This document shows positions 40,001 through 52,253 of a stretch of 64,000 nt of DNA, in pieces. The notes below the pieces were generated by a model. The model ran no database searches and was not told the DNA's origin. It saw only the letters and a program-made list of their open reading frames with translations. The stretch's first letter is position 1, and the number at the start of each line of letters is the position of its first letter. The position numbers and the translations under genes were made by a program. Source of the stretch: Geosiphon pyriformis uo1 (lineage: Eukaryota > Fungi > Glomeromycota); contig JAAOMT010000446.1 in NCBI GenBank assembly GCA_016748015.1, positions 187,752 to 251,751 on the forward strand. The letters are read 5' to 3'.

Positions 40001-40400
40001 TGCTTGTTTCTGTTTCTGATTCAAAGTCAATAGATTATTTAGACTGCACTGGATATGTTTTTTCACAGTATTTGATAATGTTAAAATTAAGTTCGTGAAA
40101 GTAAGTAGCAAGTGTTTCGCTGTTAAGGTCTTCAGTTCCCAACTGTAAATAATGTGCTAGATTATTGTAAAGGTTGCTTTTGACTTCTGAGATATTGTAA
40201 TTTTCAAAAAGATAATTGTTGATGCAGTTTTCAATGTATTGGTATACTGATTTCTTGACAACTTCAATTCCGTCTGGAATGTTGAATCTTTGCTTGCAGT
40301 GGGTATAAATTGATTGGTAATACTCTAGAGTTGATGTGTCTGATGTGGTTGCCACTTTGAATTTTGTTGTTGCTGTGTTATTTCCATGGGAGAGCACCAA
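37037..40400 (-). pseudogene. A1 polyprotein 5' part: N-extension, Gag, protease, Cys-rich domain
   Basis: ORF fragments 40035-40400, 38889-39815, 38235-38612, 37788-38231 and 37329-37574 are all in one frame, separated only by stops. CHYCGISGH*KRDC; LILDSGSAGSII. Confidence 0.92.
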
Positions 40401-40401
40401 A
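40389..40401 (-). promoter_or_regulatory. Primer binding site of A1 (also at about 36041-36053 in A2)
   Basis: TTTGGTGCTCTC directly after the LTR-terminal CA, complementary to a tRNA 3' end ...GAGAGCACCA. tRNA identity not determined. Confidence 0.85.
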
Positions 40402-41374
40402 TGTTACCAGTGGTTTTTGGTCTCTTTTTTTAAATGTTATTAATGTTGATTTGTTGTGAATTCACATTTCCAGGAAATAGTTGAACCTCCAGTAACTGAA
40501 TTTATCTTCAAATTATCTCCTATAATTTGAACTTGCTGGGCTTATGAGTAGAATGGCCAATTCCGTGCCAGTTGTTTTATATAGTTACATTGTAGTAAAT
40601 GTCAACTCTTTCCCAGGAATTGCTTGTCTAGAAGCTCACTAAAAATGTGTAGTTACTTTGCTGTGAAAGTCAACTCTTCTACAGGAATCTTGTCTGTAGG
40701 CTACCCTAATGATTGTAATAAGAAAAGAAAAGAAAAATAAAAAAAATAGAATTTTATCAAGGAAAACGTTTTTCTATTCAAGCTTGGAGTCACTAACAGT
40801 TTACTGAAATTGGTAGCTAATCAATTTCGAAATGTAAGTTGGATTTTTGGGGGTTTTTCTAAGTACAATAATTAAAGAATTTGGTTTTTCGAATTATTTG
40901 ATATTTATTTCTTTTTGTGTGTATAGGAATGGTTTTAAGAGATAAATCTAAAGTAAGATACATTTTCTTGAAGAGAGATGCTCTTCTTTTATACAACTTG
41001 TCGTAACACTATTCTATGAACTTGAACTTTGCTATTTTCTATAATTTTACTGAACTAAAGATACATTTCGGCAAATTACAAGTTATTTTTGCAAACTATT
41101 AGATATTTTAATAAACTATCAATTATTTTGGCGAATTTCTACAAATTTTGGCAAACTTTTGAATGTTACATAGTTCGGGGTATTGCATGATTTGATCATC
41201 ACAATTAGGTTACATTTGTGTTGTGTACAAATTGGGTTATTAATTAAATGATAAATTTCGGACATTTTGCTAATGTAATAAGTAATAATTTGAAATAATA
41301 ATATATGCTAATTAATGATAGGATTTATAAGATAATTTTATGCTAAATAATATCTCTAATTTCGTCTGATAACA
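40402..41374 (-). repeat. 5' LTR of A1
   Basis: TGTTAC...ATAACA; pairs with 21653-22635. Confidence 0.93.
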
Positions 41375-41968
41375 CTGCTGAGAAATGAATGTCAATATCT
41401 GGTCTTATGTGTTCATTTATATCTGCTGTTTTACATTTGCTTTCATTGTGTTCTTTAGATATGGGTCTCTATACGGCAGTTTGCAAGGGTTTTGTGATGA
41501 GAAATTGGTATGCTGAAGCTGTTTTAGTTTTGTAGGGGCAGAAAAAGGCTACTCTAGCCCTTGTAAAATACATCAGATTTGTGGTGGAATTGCATTGCAC
41601 TAAAGTATAAACTGGTAGAACCAAACATAAAGTAAATATGGAAAAGGCTAGCTTGGTTGGAGATAATAGTCTGGTTTTTGGTTTGTCTGGCTATGTAGTT
41701 TTTAGGTTGTCAACTGGTATTGTCTATATGCTTGGTATTATAAAATCTTTTGCTGTTAAGTTTGATAGGTGCAAATTGTGTCATTTTTTCTTTGATTTGG
41801 ATGGTAATACTTATGTTAATATAGGTGTGTAGTGTTGTCTTGTCTGGCCTGAGTGGCTGATCACATGTAATCTGTGCATAAGCTGCATTTAGTTGGTTCC
41901 ACTTAGTTTGGTTCTATGTACTAAATAGCAGTTAGGCTTTACTTATTAAATCTGTAATAAAAAAAAAA
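41375..41968 (+). mobile_element. LINE copy 1, 3' end (right piece) with 3' UTR and poly(A)
   Basis: Frame continues AEK*MSISG...GLYTAVCKGFVMRNWY...YVNIGV*; the 3' UTR resembles 52253-52389; AATAAAAAAAAAA tail. Confidence 0.88.
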
Positions 41969-42536
41969 TTTTAAAGTTAATTGGCCAGTTTTATATTAGA
42001 AATAAGTTCTAAATTAAGATAAAAATAACTTTAGTCTTTTAATACATGATTTTTTATTAAACATATATATATACTTTTCTCTAAAAACAAACTGGTTATT
42101 TTTTTTTGCTTTGTGTTTACACTAAATATTAATCTTAATATAATATATAATATATAGAATATTATATTTAAAATTACCAATATACTATTAACTACAGTAT
42201 TAATTAATACATTCAAGTAAATATTACTTAAAATAATTTAAAGAATTATACTTTGCATAATCTGTTGTCTTTAACATTTTAGAATCTATAATTTATATCT
42301 GGTACACAAAAATTTCATGTTTATATTTATAATATACAAGTTTTTTTTGTAATTTAAATACTGTTTAAAAGAAAAAAACTTCTTGTTGTACAAGAATAAA
42401 AGCAGTTACACCAAAAATTTTGATGTGTTTTCATACTATAATATACAGATGACATGTGTCAAATTCAAAAACCATATAATGTAATATATGTAATTTATTT
42501 TTAATTAATATTACATAATTTAAAAAAATTGAAATA

Positions 42537-42590
42537 TCGATTACTGCGCCATATGGCACGTGTAATACGTGCATATGGCGCAGTAATCGA
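42537..42590. repeat. GC-rich near-perfect palindrome (24-bp stem, 1 bulge, 5-nt loop)
   Basis: TCGATTACTGCGCCATATG(G)CACGT-gtaat-ACGTGCATATGGCGCAGTAATCGA. Confidence 0.95.
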
Positions 42591-43677
42591 CGAAAAATAA
42601 TGTCACGTGTTACAATATTAAATCACGTGCTTTTTCGAGGTTGTTACAAATTTTTTTTTGTAATAAATTGTTATAAATCTATTAATTTTTTATTTAAACT
42701 ATTTTTACTAAAGCTATATATTATCTTTTATTATATAAAATTAAGCTTTTTAATTAGTTTTAAATTAAAAACAAAATTTAAATAATATTAAATTTTATTA
42801 ATAATTACAGTCTAATTAAGCTTTTTGTTTATATATTTGCAAATTTTTATATAATAAAATAAAAATTAATTGATTTTTTTCAAGTTTAAAAAAAATTGTT
42901 TTAAATTTTATAAATTACTTTTTGGTTAATATTATTTATATAAAAAATTTAAAATTACAAGAAACAATATTAAATTGTATTTTTTTAAATATAATAAAAA
43001 TACTTTAATTTTTGATATTTTAGACAAATTTAATTTTAAAAAATCAGTTATATGTTTAAAAAACTTGTTATAATGTTAATAAAACAATTAAAAAATAAAA
43101 AAAAAGTATTTATAGTTAGATTTTATTAAAAAACCATTAATATTTAGACTTTAAAAATTTTATTTATTTTGATTTAATAAATATTTAATTATTTTAATTT
43201 AATTAATAAGTTTAATAAATTGTTTTTAATAGTTTTGTTTAATTTTGTAGTAATAATTTATAATTTGGCTAATAAATTATCAAGATTAGAAATAAATTGG
43301 TTTTATTAATATTAATAATTTTATAAAAAATTTGAATTTATAATTTATATAAAATAAAATGATTGTTTTTTTTGAAAATATTAATTTTGAAATAAATATA
43401 AAAATATGTGATATAATATTATTAAATTAACTAAGAAAATAAATATATATTATATTATTATTATAGAACTATTTCTCTTTTTTTTAATAAAATATACAAT
43501 TAAATATTCTTTAATAATATTATTTATATTATAATAAAACAAGTAAAAATCTTTCTCTTATTAATTCTCTGACTATGATGAGAGCAAAAATTTATTGAAG
43601 ATTTAACAACATCTTTTTTTCTCCTCTTTTTTATTTTTTCATAGTTATTTCTTCTAATACATCTGTTTTTATTGTCA

Positions 43678-46594
43678 TAAAATCAGTAGACTCTTCTGTT
43701 GATGGCTCTAATTTGGATTTGGCTGGTTTGAGAACCTGCTTTAATACCAAGAAGAAGTGTATGGAGAGTATCTACTCTTATGGTGTATTGTATAAGAAGC
43801 CAAAAAAACCTGATGCTAATAGTGTTTTGGTTGATTCATCTATTGGTCCTTTAGCCTTGGAAGATATTAGTAGTTCTGACAATAAGCTTGTAGTATCCTG
43901 AAGAAATAAAGTTGGCAGTATTACTAGCAGTGTGAGTGGTCTTTTAAATGTTGAGAATATGGTGAACATGGTTGCTAAGGAAACAAACAATGCTGAATTA
44001 GGTGGAAATAACAATATAAATGATACTATGCCAAGAAAAACATGCACCTGAACATATGTGCTAAGCAGCTTTCTGAAAGCACCAACATTTGACATTATGA
44101 GTAATGATGAGAACATGCTAAGTTTTCTATCTTTAAAGTTTAATGGTTTCAATCAACTGTTATCTGTTAAGTCACATGTCTTGGAAAGACAAAGCTTTGA
44201 ATCAGTTAAATTATTTGCTCTGAACATAAAATTGACTGTTGTGCCTGGAAAAATTAATAGTGATAAGTTAATTTCAATCAAAAATTTTTTTATCAAATTA
44301 ATGGTTTTAGAGAAGCTTTTACTTCCATAAAATTCTCAGGAATTATTAGATTCTTCTTTACATTTGAATTGACTCTGAATAAAGCTAGAGAATTGGCAAT
44401 TTGTAAGAAAATTATGGTAAACAATAATGTTAAAAGAGTAAGCAGTCATTCAAATTGAGAAATAATTGTTAAGGAAATTCTAGTTAATCTTTTCAAATCG
44501 GCTGTAGAATCTGTTTTTTCTAAATTTGATAAGGTAACATCAGTTAAAATGTAATTAATTGGTCTGTGACAAAAAGCTTTGGTAGAATTTGAATCTTCTG
44601 AAGTAGCCAGTCTGGTTGTATCTAAGTGGTTTGTTTTTATAGATAAAGATTCAGTTCATGTAGTGCTGACTATTGGTAATAAACAATTGTGGATATCTAG
44701 AAATCAATATTGAGTTTTATTTTACACTTTTCTAGTCAAAACTACTGTCTATAATCTTTCTAATCTATTGGATATATATAATAGAAAAACTTGTTTTATT
44801 GGACAAAATCCAAATTCATATGTGCATAATAAATGCACAATAGTTTGTTTTGGAAATGAAACATCCAAATTGGCTGCTGTTAGTTCTGTTCTTGTTTTTA
44901 AAAATGTGAATTTGTGATAGACTGGTCTTTTTTTGGCTTGCTATGCATTGTGTAAACAGTTTGGTCATATCTCTGATGTGTGTTTAGTGAGTAGAAATTC
45001 TGATGGTCATGAAAAATAAATGGTAACAAATCAGGATTGGTGTTACTGGAGGTTTTTGGTCTCTTTTCTTAAATGTTGTTAATGTCTGTTTGTTGTAAAT
45101 TCACGTTTTCTAAAAATAGTTGAACCTCCAATAATTGAATTTGTCTTCAAATTATCTCCTATAATTTGAACTGCTGGGCTTATAAGTGGAATAACCAATT
45201 TTGTGCCAGTTACTTTGTGTAGTTATGTTGTAGTAAACATCAACTCTTTTTCAGAAATTGCTTGTCTGAAAGCTCACTAAAAATGTGTAATTACTTTGCT
45301 GTAAAAGTCAACTTTTTTACAGAAATTTTGTCTGTAGGCTACCCTAATGATTGTAATATGGAAATAAAAGAAAAATAAAAAAAGTATAAAAGAAATAGAA
45401 TTTTGTCAAAAGAAACGTTTTCTATCTAGGCCTGAAGTCACTAACAGTTTATTGAAATTGGTAGCTAATCAATTTTAAAATGTTAGTTGTGTTGAGGAAA
45501 TTCCAAGTGTAATAATCAAAGGATTTGGTTTTCGAATATTTAATTTTATTTAAAATGTAAAAAGTGATTTTTTTTAATTAAGATATCTGAAGTAAGATAC
45601 TATGTTATAATACTATGAGAAGATATATTTTCTTGAAAAGAAAAGCTCTTCTTTTATACAACTTGTTATAGTACTAGTCTTTGAACTTGCACTTTTCTCT
45701 TTATTACAATTTGGGTGAATTAAAGATATATTTCAGTGAACTACAAGTTATTTTACTAAACTATTGATTATTTTGGATAATTTTTATTAATTTCGGCGAA
45801 TTTTGACTATGTTAAATAATTCAGAGTATTGTGTAATTTGATCATCTTACTTTTTATAATACAAATCGGATTATTGATTGAGTAATAATATTTGATAATT
45901 TAATTAAATAATAAGTGATATTTGAACTAATAATAATATATACTAATTAATAATAGAAATTATAAGGGTAATTTTATGCTAATTAATAGCTAAAATTTTA
46001 CTAGTAACATTAGGTTTGCTTAGCTGGTAATTATAAAAAAAAACATGTTTTTATAGCTTGTCTAATTTTTTTTGGTGATAAGACTTGGGCCTAAATTGCT
46101 AATGGTTCTTCTTCTCATGTGGTTTTCCCAACTTTTTTTGGTACTGGTTTGTTTCCTAATGCTAAGGCCTCTTTGATGACTCTTGTTCCTCTTAGTAACT
46201 CTAATTTACATAACTGTTTGGCTTTTCTGGAGCACTTTTTAGAACTCTTGGCAGATTAGGTTTCTGAAATCTTGAAAAAATTGAGTTTTGTGGATTTGGT
46301 GTCTTTGCCTCCAGCTTTTTAAGCATTTCTTCTGATTGTCTCTACTTTTTTGTTTCATGTTTGAACTCAAATATAATGTCAGATAGTGTGTTGCTGCCTT
46401 CCAATCCTCTTTTTTTAGTTGTTGTTGATGAGGTTGCTGGTTTTAATCCGAATAGCTCTAGAATTCTAACTATTAAGGTGGATGGTTTAAAATCAAAAAT
46501 GGTAGCTTTGAAAATATTGATTAATTCAGTTTTGGAGAGATTAAATTATTTGTGCTTTGGCTCAGGTTTGCCAGCTTTTTTTTTGCATCAATGA
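43678..46594 (+). pseudogene. LINE ORF1 (RRM-like domains and CCHC knuckle), split by a solo LTR
   Basis: AVESVFSKFDKVTSVKM...KALVEFES is RRM-like; YALCKQFGHISDVC is a decayed CX2CX4HX4C; stop TGA at 46592-46594. Confidence 0.75.
45041..46009 (-). repeat. Solo LTR, family A variant
   Basis: TGTTAC...GTAACA, TSD TTGG/TTAG, no PBS or PPT flanks; U3 end differs from A1/A2. Confidence 0.92.
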
Positions 46595-49500
46595 GTGTTT
46601 TGGTTTGGAAGTTTGCTATGTGTAATGTCCAAGGTATCAATGTCTCTGCAAAGCAAGCAGACATTGTTCATTGGCATGTAAGTTCTGGTAATTTGGTGTT
46701 TTTTGTTACAGAAACTAAGTTGAAGTCTGGTGTTAAGCCATGAATTGCTAGTAAGTTTAAAAGTATATAGATCTTTATATCTGGTTTGGAAAGTGGTTTT
46801 TTCAGTACTGAGGTGGTCATTATCATGAATAATTCTTTGGCCCATCATGTGTTTAAGGTGGAAGAAATTCCTGGGCAAGTTATTTCAGTACAACTTTTGT
46901 TTAAGAGCAAGCTTTTAGTTACAATTCTGGGTTTGTATGCTGATGCTTCTTCTGAAACTAGATTTGGTCAAGCTTTGAAGGTGAACTTTCTCAATACAAA
47001 GACTATTAATTCCAGCACTTTTGTGGTCTTGGGTGGAGATTTTAATAAAAATGAGTTTGATAAGAATGCAAGTTTCAAGTTCTGTTTGAATTTGGGTTTG
47101 GTTAATTCATTTACTGGCCATTATTTGGCAAAAGCTTCAATATGAAACAATTCAAAAGGGATTGAGAAGACCATTAATTATATTTTTGTTAGTGAGCATT
47201 TGTTTTCTGCTGTTGTTGATCATCAGATTAGCTCTGTTTCTGGCTTTTTCAATACTAATTACAGAGCTGTTATGATGTTAATTGGCTTGGATGGGCTCTT
47301 AGATATATGCTTAAATAGCTTATACAAATAGGCTAATAAAGACTGTTGGAAGTTCAAAATTAGGGATGTAGATAGTGCCAAGTGGACTAAGTTTAAGGAT
47401 TGCTTTTTTGCTAAGCTCTTGGCAATAAAAGATGATTTCTCAGATGCCAAGAATTATGATGACATAGATACTATGTAGATAGTTTTGAAAAAAGTGGTTG
47501 TTAAGGCAGCTAATAAGATATTTTTGAGACAGTGATTTTGTAAGTTTTACTGTTTAAGAAACAAACATTCATCTAAGTTTTTTGAGTTAAAATTGCTGGT
47601 TGCTAAGATAATTAAAAGGTTGAGCTTAGGTGATGTCCTTGGTTTCAATTATTTTGTGAGAAAGTGGTCATTTTTGGATGCTGTTAGGGCTTTAAAGGTG
47701 AAAAAAATAGTTCAAAATAGTGGAAGGTTGATGAATATTCTCAAACATTTGTTATTAATTAGGAAGAAATATTGAAAGTCCAAGATGTTTGAGTCAAAAG
47801 TGGCTGAAAAGACTTCTATCAAAAAGGCTATCAAAAGGTATATAGAAAAATTTTGTTCTAATAAAGGTAGTATGATCAGAAGTGTCTTAGATTGGCTTTT
47901 TTACAAGGTGGTTCTGAATCACTTGGTAGTGAATAATGAGTTGGTTTTAAAGTCTGACAAAGTGAAGCTCAATGTTGATAAAATTATGGAGAGTTGGACT
48001 AAAAAGTAGGGTGTGTTATCAGTGGTGTCTAATTTCTGAACTTGTCAGTACACATTATTGAATTATGTGGGAAATAATACTTTTTTAGATGTAATGTATA
48101 CAGTCAGTATAAATGAATTGCTTTTGGTTGTTAAGAGTTTGCCTGATAGCAAAGCTGCTGGTTTGTGCAGCATTTTTAATAAACTATGAAAACATGACAG
48201 TAAAACAGTAATGAGATGTCTTTTGGAGCTTTTGAATATATGCTTGGTAGTTAGTGATGTTTTTGTTTTATGGAAGAAGACATGGGTTTTAATGATTCCT
48301 AAGCCTTATAACTAAAATAGAGTTTTTACAAATACTCGGCCTATTGTACTAATCAAAACTGCCAGAAAGATTTTTTTTGATAGAATTTTGTCTACATGCA
48401 GCAAGTTTGGCATTTTTTGTGGTGATAATTTTTCTGTTTTAAAGAGTACATCTACTCAGTCTCCTGTGTTTGTAGTTGGTTCAGTAATTAAGAATGTACT
48501 AGAAAAGAGTCATAAACTTTGGCTGGTCTTACAGAATATGTGCAAAACATATAACTCAGTTGGTTGGCACTACCTGGAAGCTAGCTTAAGGTGAATTAAA
48601 ATGTGTAATAGATTTATCAAATTTTTTGGTAATATACATGGTGATAAAATCAATTGGGTGATAACAGATTTTGGTCTCTTAGTGAGTTATAAAGTACATG
48701 ATGGTTTGGATCAAGATAAAGTTTTTTCTCCTCTTCTATAGTGGATTTTTTATGATTTACTTTTATGTGAAGTCAAGTAATATGAACATTTGTGTGGTTA
48801 TTGAATTGATATTAAATTTGTGGTAAAAACTGACAGAATTGACAATAGTGGTGGTTTGTCTTCATTTTTTGTGGCTGGTGCATTTGTGAATAATACAATT
48901 TGGGTTGGTAATTGTCAGGCTTCTATGTAATATGCCCTGAACATTGCCAATGAATTTTTTTTAATCAATGACATTTCTATAAATACTGAAAAGACAGTGG
49001 CTATTCTAATTAATTAGGATATTAAAAATGCTTTTTTGAGTGTTAGTGGCCAGTCCATTTTAATTGCCAAAAAAGGTAAAACACACAGATATCTGAAAAA
49101 TTTTTTTGTTAACCAAGGGGTTATCCAAGCTAAGTGTAGCTAAGGCTCATTTTAATGTTCGTTTTTTTGTCAATATAGTGCTTAGAAAGGCTATTATAAA
49201 TAAGCAGTTTTCTTTACTTGGTGTTGGCTGTTTTGCAACCCATTGTTAATTATAAGACCCAATTTAGTTTTGTTTCTTCAAGTGTGTGTTGCAAGTGAAA
49301 TGTTATAGTCAGAAAGAGTCTTAGATCTAAAGTGGGTTTGCCATGTGATTTTTCTAGTGAGACATTATATTATCCATTACTGTATAGTCTGAAATCTTTT
49401 GAGCAAGTGCAATTGGAGGATAAGCTGGCTGCTGTGGTCTCTTTTTCTAATGTCCCAAATATTATTGGTCATTTGTTTCATCATAAGTTTTTAAATTTGC

Positions 49501-52253
49501 AGGTTTTGGGTTGGGCTCCTTTGAATCTTTTGCAATTTTCTGTTAAGTTGCTTGTTAGTTCTGTAAACAATTTTTTGGTTGGTGTGATTAAAATTTTTTT
49601 AAGTAATAAGCTGTCTTTGGTGAACAATTTGCCCAATGTTTTTCATAGTCTAAGTGTTTTTTCTATGTTATTTATTCTCTAAAGAGCTTTGTATCTTAAT
49701 TCTGTTTATTCTTTAAAGCATTTTGGTATTGCTTTTGGTGATAAGCTCTTTGATAAAAAAAACTGTGTTATGGATTAAAAAACTTTCTGTTGATAGAAAA
49801 GGTTGGATCTTAGAGGCCTTATTCTATATTGGTTCGAGATTGCATTAAAATTTCTGCACAATAGGAATTCTTTACTACTGGCTTCTCTTATTTTAGTTCA
49901 GCCAATTGGCTTAATTCCAGAGAGTTTGCTAAAGTGTGGAATAATTTACATGAGATTTGATCTGATTCATTTGAGATTTATATGGATGGTTTGTTGAAAG
50001 ATACTGGCTCTGCTGGTATTGCTAGTAGTGCTGCTGCATATTTTCCAGCATTAAATATGTGTGTTGGTCTTGGAGTTCATGGTCTTGTCTCTTCCACTAT
50101 AACTAAGCTGCAGGCTGTCACTTTGTCTTTGAAATGTGTTCTATTTTTCTGCTTCTTAGTTGTGTATCTTGACAGCCAAGCTGCTATTAGTGCATGTGTA
50201 TTGAAGATAGCATTTGCTACACCAGATTTCCATAACCCATGCTAAATTAAGAGAAAACATATTGTCAATTTAATTAGAAATAAAGATCTTACTGTTAGTT
50301 GAATTAAAATTAAGAGTTATTTTGGGGTTTATAATAATATTAGAGCAGATGCTACTACTGGTGTGGCTGCTAATTCCCTTCTTTTTTTGCTGGTAGAAGT
50401 GTATGAATATTTTTTAATGGCTAAAAATACTGCTGTTTCTGACAATGCCCACCATTTTGTCAGAAATATTTATAAATCTATTTATTGTGCTTATTAGAAA
50501 ACTGGTTCTGGTCATAATGTGATTTGTGGTATACTCATTAAGGATATAGATTGAAGAATCATTACAAAAATCTGGCACTCTGACTTATATATGTTTGCTG
50601 ATTTTACAAGTTAAAAGTCATCCAATCTTTGTACCTACTTAATAAAAGCTGTACATGGACAGTTGCCAATGGCTGTTAAAAAATGATTATATGATAAAGA
50701 CTATTTTAGTGTGCTATGTTTATTGTGTGGTAAGGTGGAGTTGTCAGATCATGTTTTTATTTGTGCTTAAGATGCAAGCATTCAGAAAAAGGTTTTGGCT
50801 GAGGCCTCTACATAATAGATTGCTTTAGCAGATGTTTGTGTTTTGTTTTCTTGTGCTGTTTTGTGGATGCTCTTTTATTGTTTGTCAAATTCTAGAACTT
50901 ATGCTATTGTGTATAAGAAATTTGTACTAAGGGATTGGTTCATAGAGACTGTTGGGATTTTTAAAAGTAAGAAGGATGCTATCTTTACTATTGTGGATTT
51001 TGTAAGATGTTTAATGGAGCTGCATCATTCTAAAGTGTGGTTCATAAGATCTAAGTTTTGGGTTAACATAAAGAAAGCTGGTTTGGTTGAAGATAGTAGT
51101 GTGATATCAGGTTTGTTTTGTAGTGGGACATTGTTGCTGTCAGATAGGATGGTCAGAATACTTAGTATTATTGAGTTTTTTGTTGTTAATTTTGGCTATC
51201 AAAAGCCTTGCTTTTTTTATTCTGGTTTAAGTAGTAATATACATTGTTATCAGACAAAATTAGAGATATTATTTAGCATAAAATTATCTTATAATTCCTA
51301 TCATTAATTAGCATATATTATCGTTTCAAATTATCACTTATTAAATTAGCAAAATGTCTGAAATTATCATTTAATTAATAACCTAATTTGTACACAACAC
51401 AAATGTAACCTAATTGCGATGATTAATCATGCAATATCCCAAACTATGTAACATTTAAAAGTTTGCCAAAATTTGTAGAAATTTGCCGAAATAATTGATA
51501 GTTCACCAAAATATCTAATAGTTCGCAGAAATAACTTGTAATTCACTGAAATGTATTTTAAGTTCAGTGAAATTGTAGAAAATAGCAAAGTTCAAGTTCA
51601 TAAAATAGTGTTATGACAAGTTGTATAAAAGAAAAGCTTCTCTCTTCGAGAAAATATATCTTACTTTAGATTTATCACTTAGAACTATTTCTACACACAC
51701 AAAAAGAAATAAATATCAAATAATTTGAAAAAAAAACCAAATTTTTTAAATTATTGCACTTGGAAAATCCTCAAAAACCCAACTAACGTTTTGAAATTGA
51801 TTAGCTACCAATTTCAGTAAACTGTTAGTGACTTCAAGCCTGGATAGAAAACGTTTCTCTTGATAAAATTCTATTTCTTTTACATTTCTTTTATTTTTCT
51901 TTTCTTTTCTTATTACAATTATTAGGGTAGCCTACAGACAAATTTTTCTGTAGAAGAGTTAACTTTTACAGCAAAATAACTATACATTTTAGTGAGCTTC
52001 CAGACGAGCAATTCCTGGGAAAGAGTTGATGTTTACTACAACATAACTACATAAAGTAACTAGTACAAAATTGGCCATTCCACTTATAAGCCCAGCAAGT
52101 TCAAATTATAGAAGATAATTTGAAGAGAAAATTCAGTTACTGGAGGTTCAACCACATCCAGAAAACGTAAATTCACAGCAAACAGGTATCAACAACATTA
52201 CAGAAAAGAGACCAAAAAACCTCCGGTAATAACATGTTAATATAAATATGTAG
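46591..52253 (+). pseudogene. LINE ORF2: APE endonuclease, RT, RNase H, C-terminal zinc finger
   Basis: CNVQGIN / TETKL / LGGDFN / INYIFV (APE); TRPIVL, GLDQDKVFSP, AFVNNT (ex-FVDD) (RT); YMDGL / KLQAV / DSQAA (RNase H); CLLCGKVELSDHVFIC. Confidence 0.9.
51245..52231 (+). repeat. Solo LTR, family A, opposite orientation
   Basis: Reverse complement of the A LTR with a perfect TSD ACAT (51241-51244 / 52232-52235); interrupts the last codons of LINE ORF2. Confidence 0.93.

Larger units (their letters stand above)
21653..41374 (-). mobile_element. Ty3/Gypsy LTR retrotransposon family A, outer copy A1 (about 9.85 kb plus nested A2)
   Basis: Paired LTRs 21653-22635 and 40402-41374, perfect 4-bp TSD CTGC (21649-21652 / 41375-41378), PBS TGGTGCTCTC, PPT. 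Domain order gag-PR-RT-RH-IN. The LINE frame resumes after the TSD. Confidence 0.95.
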
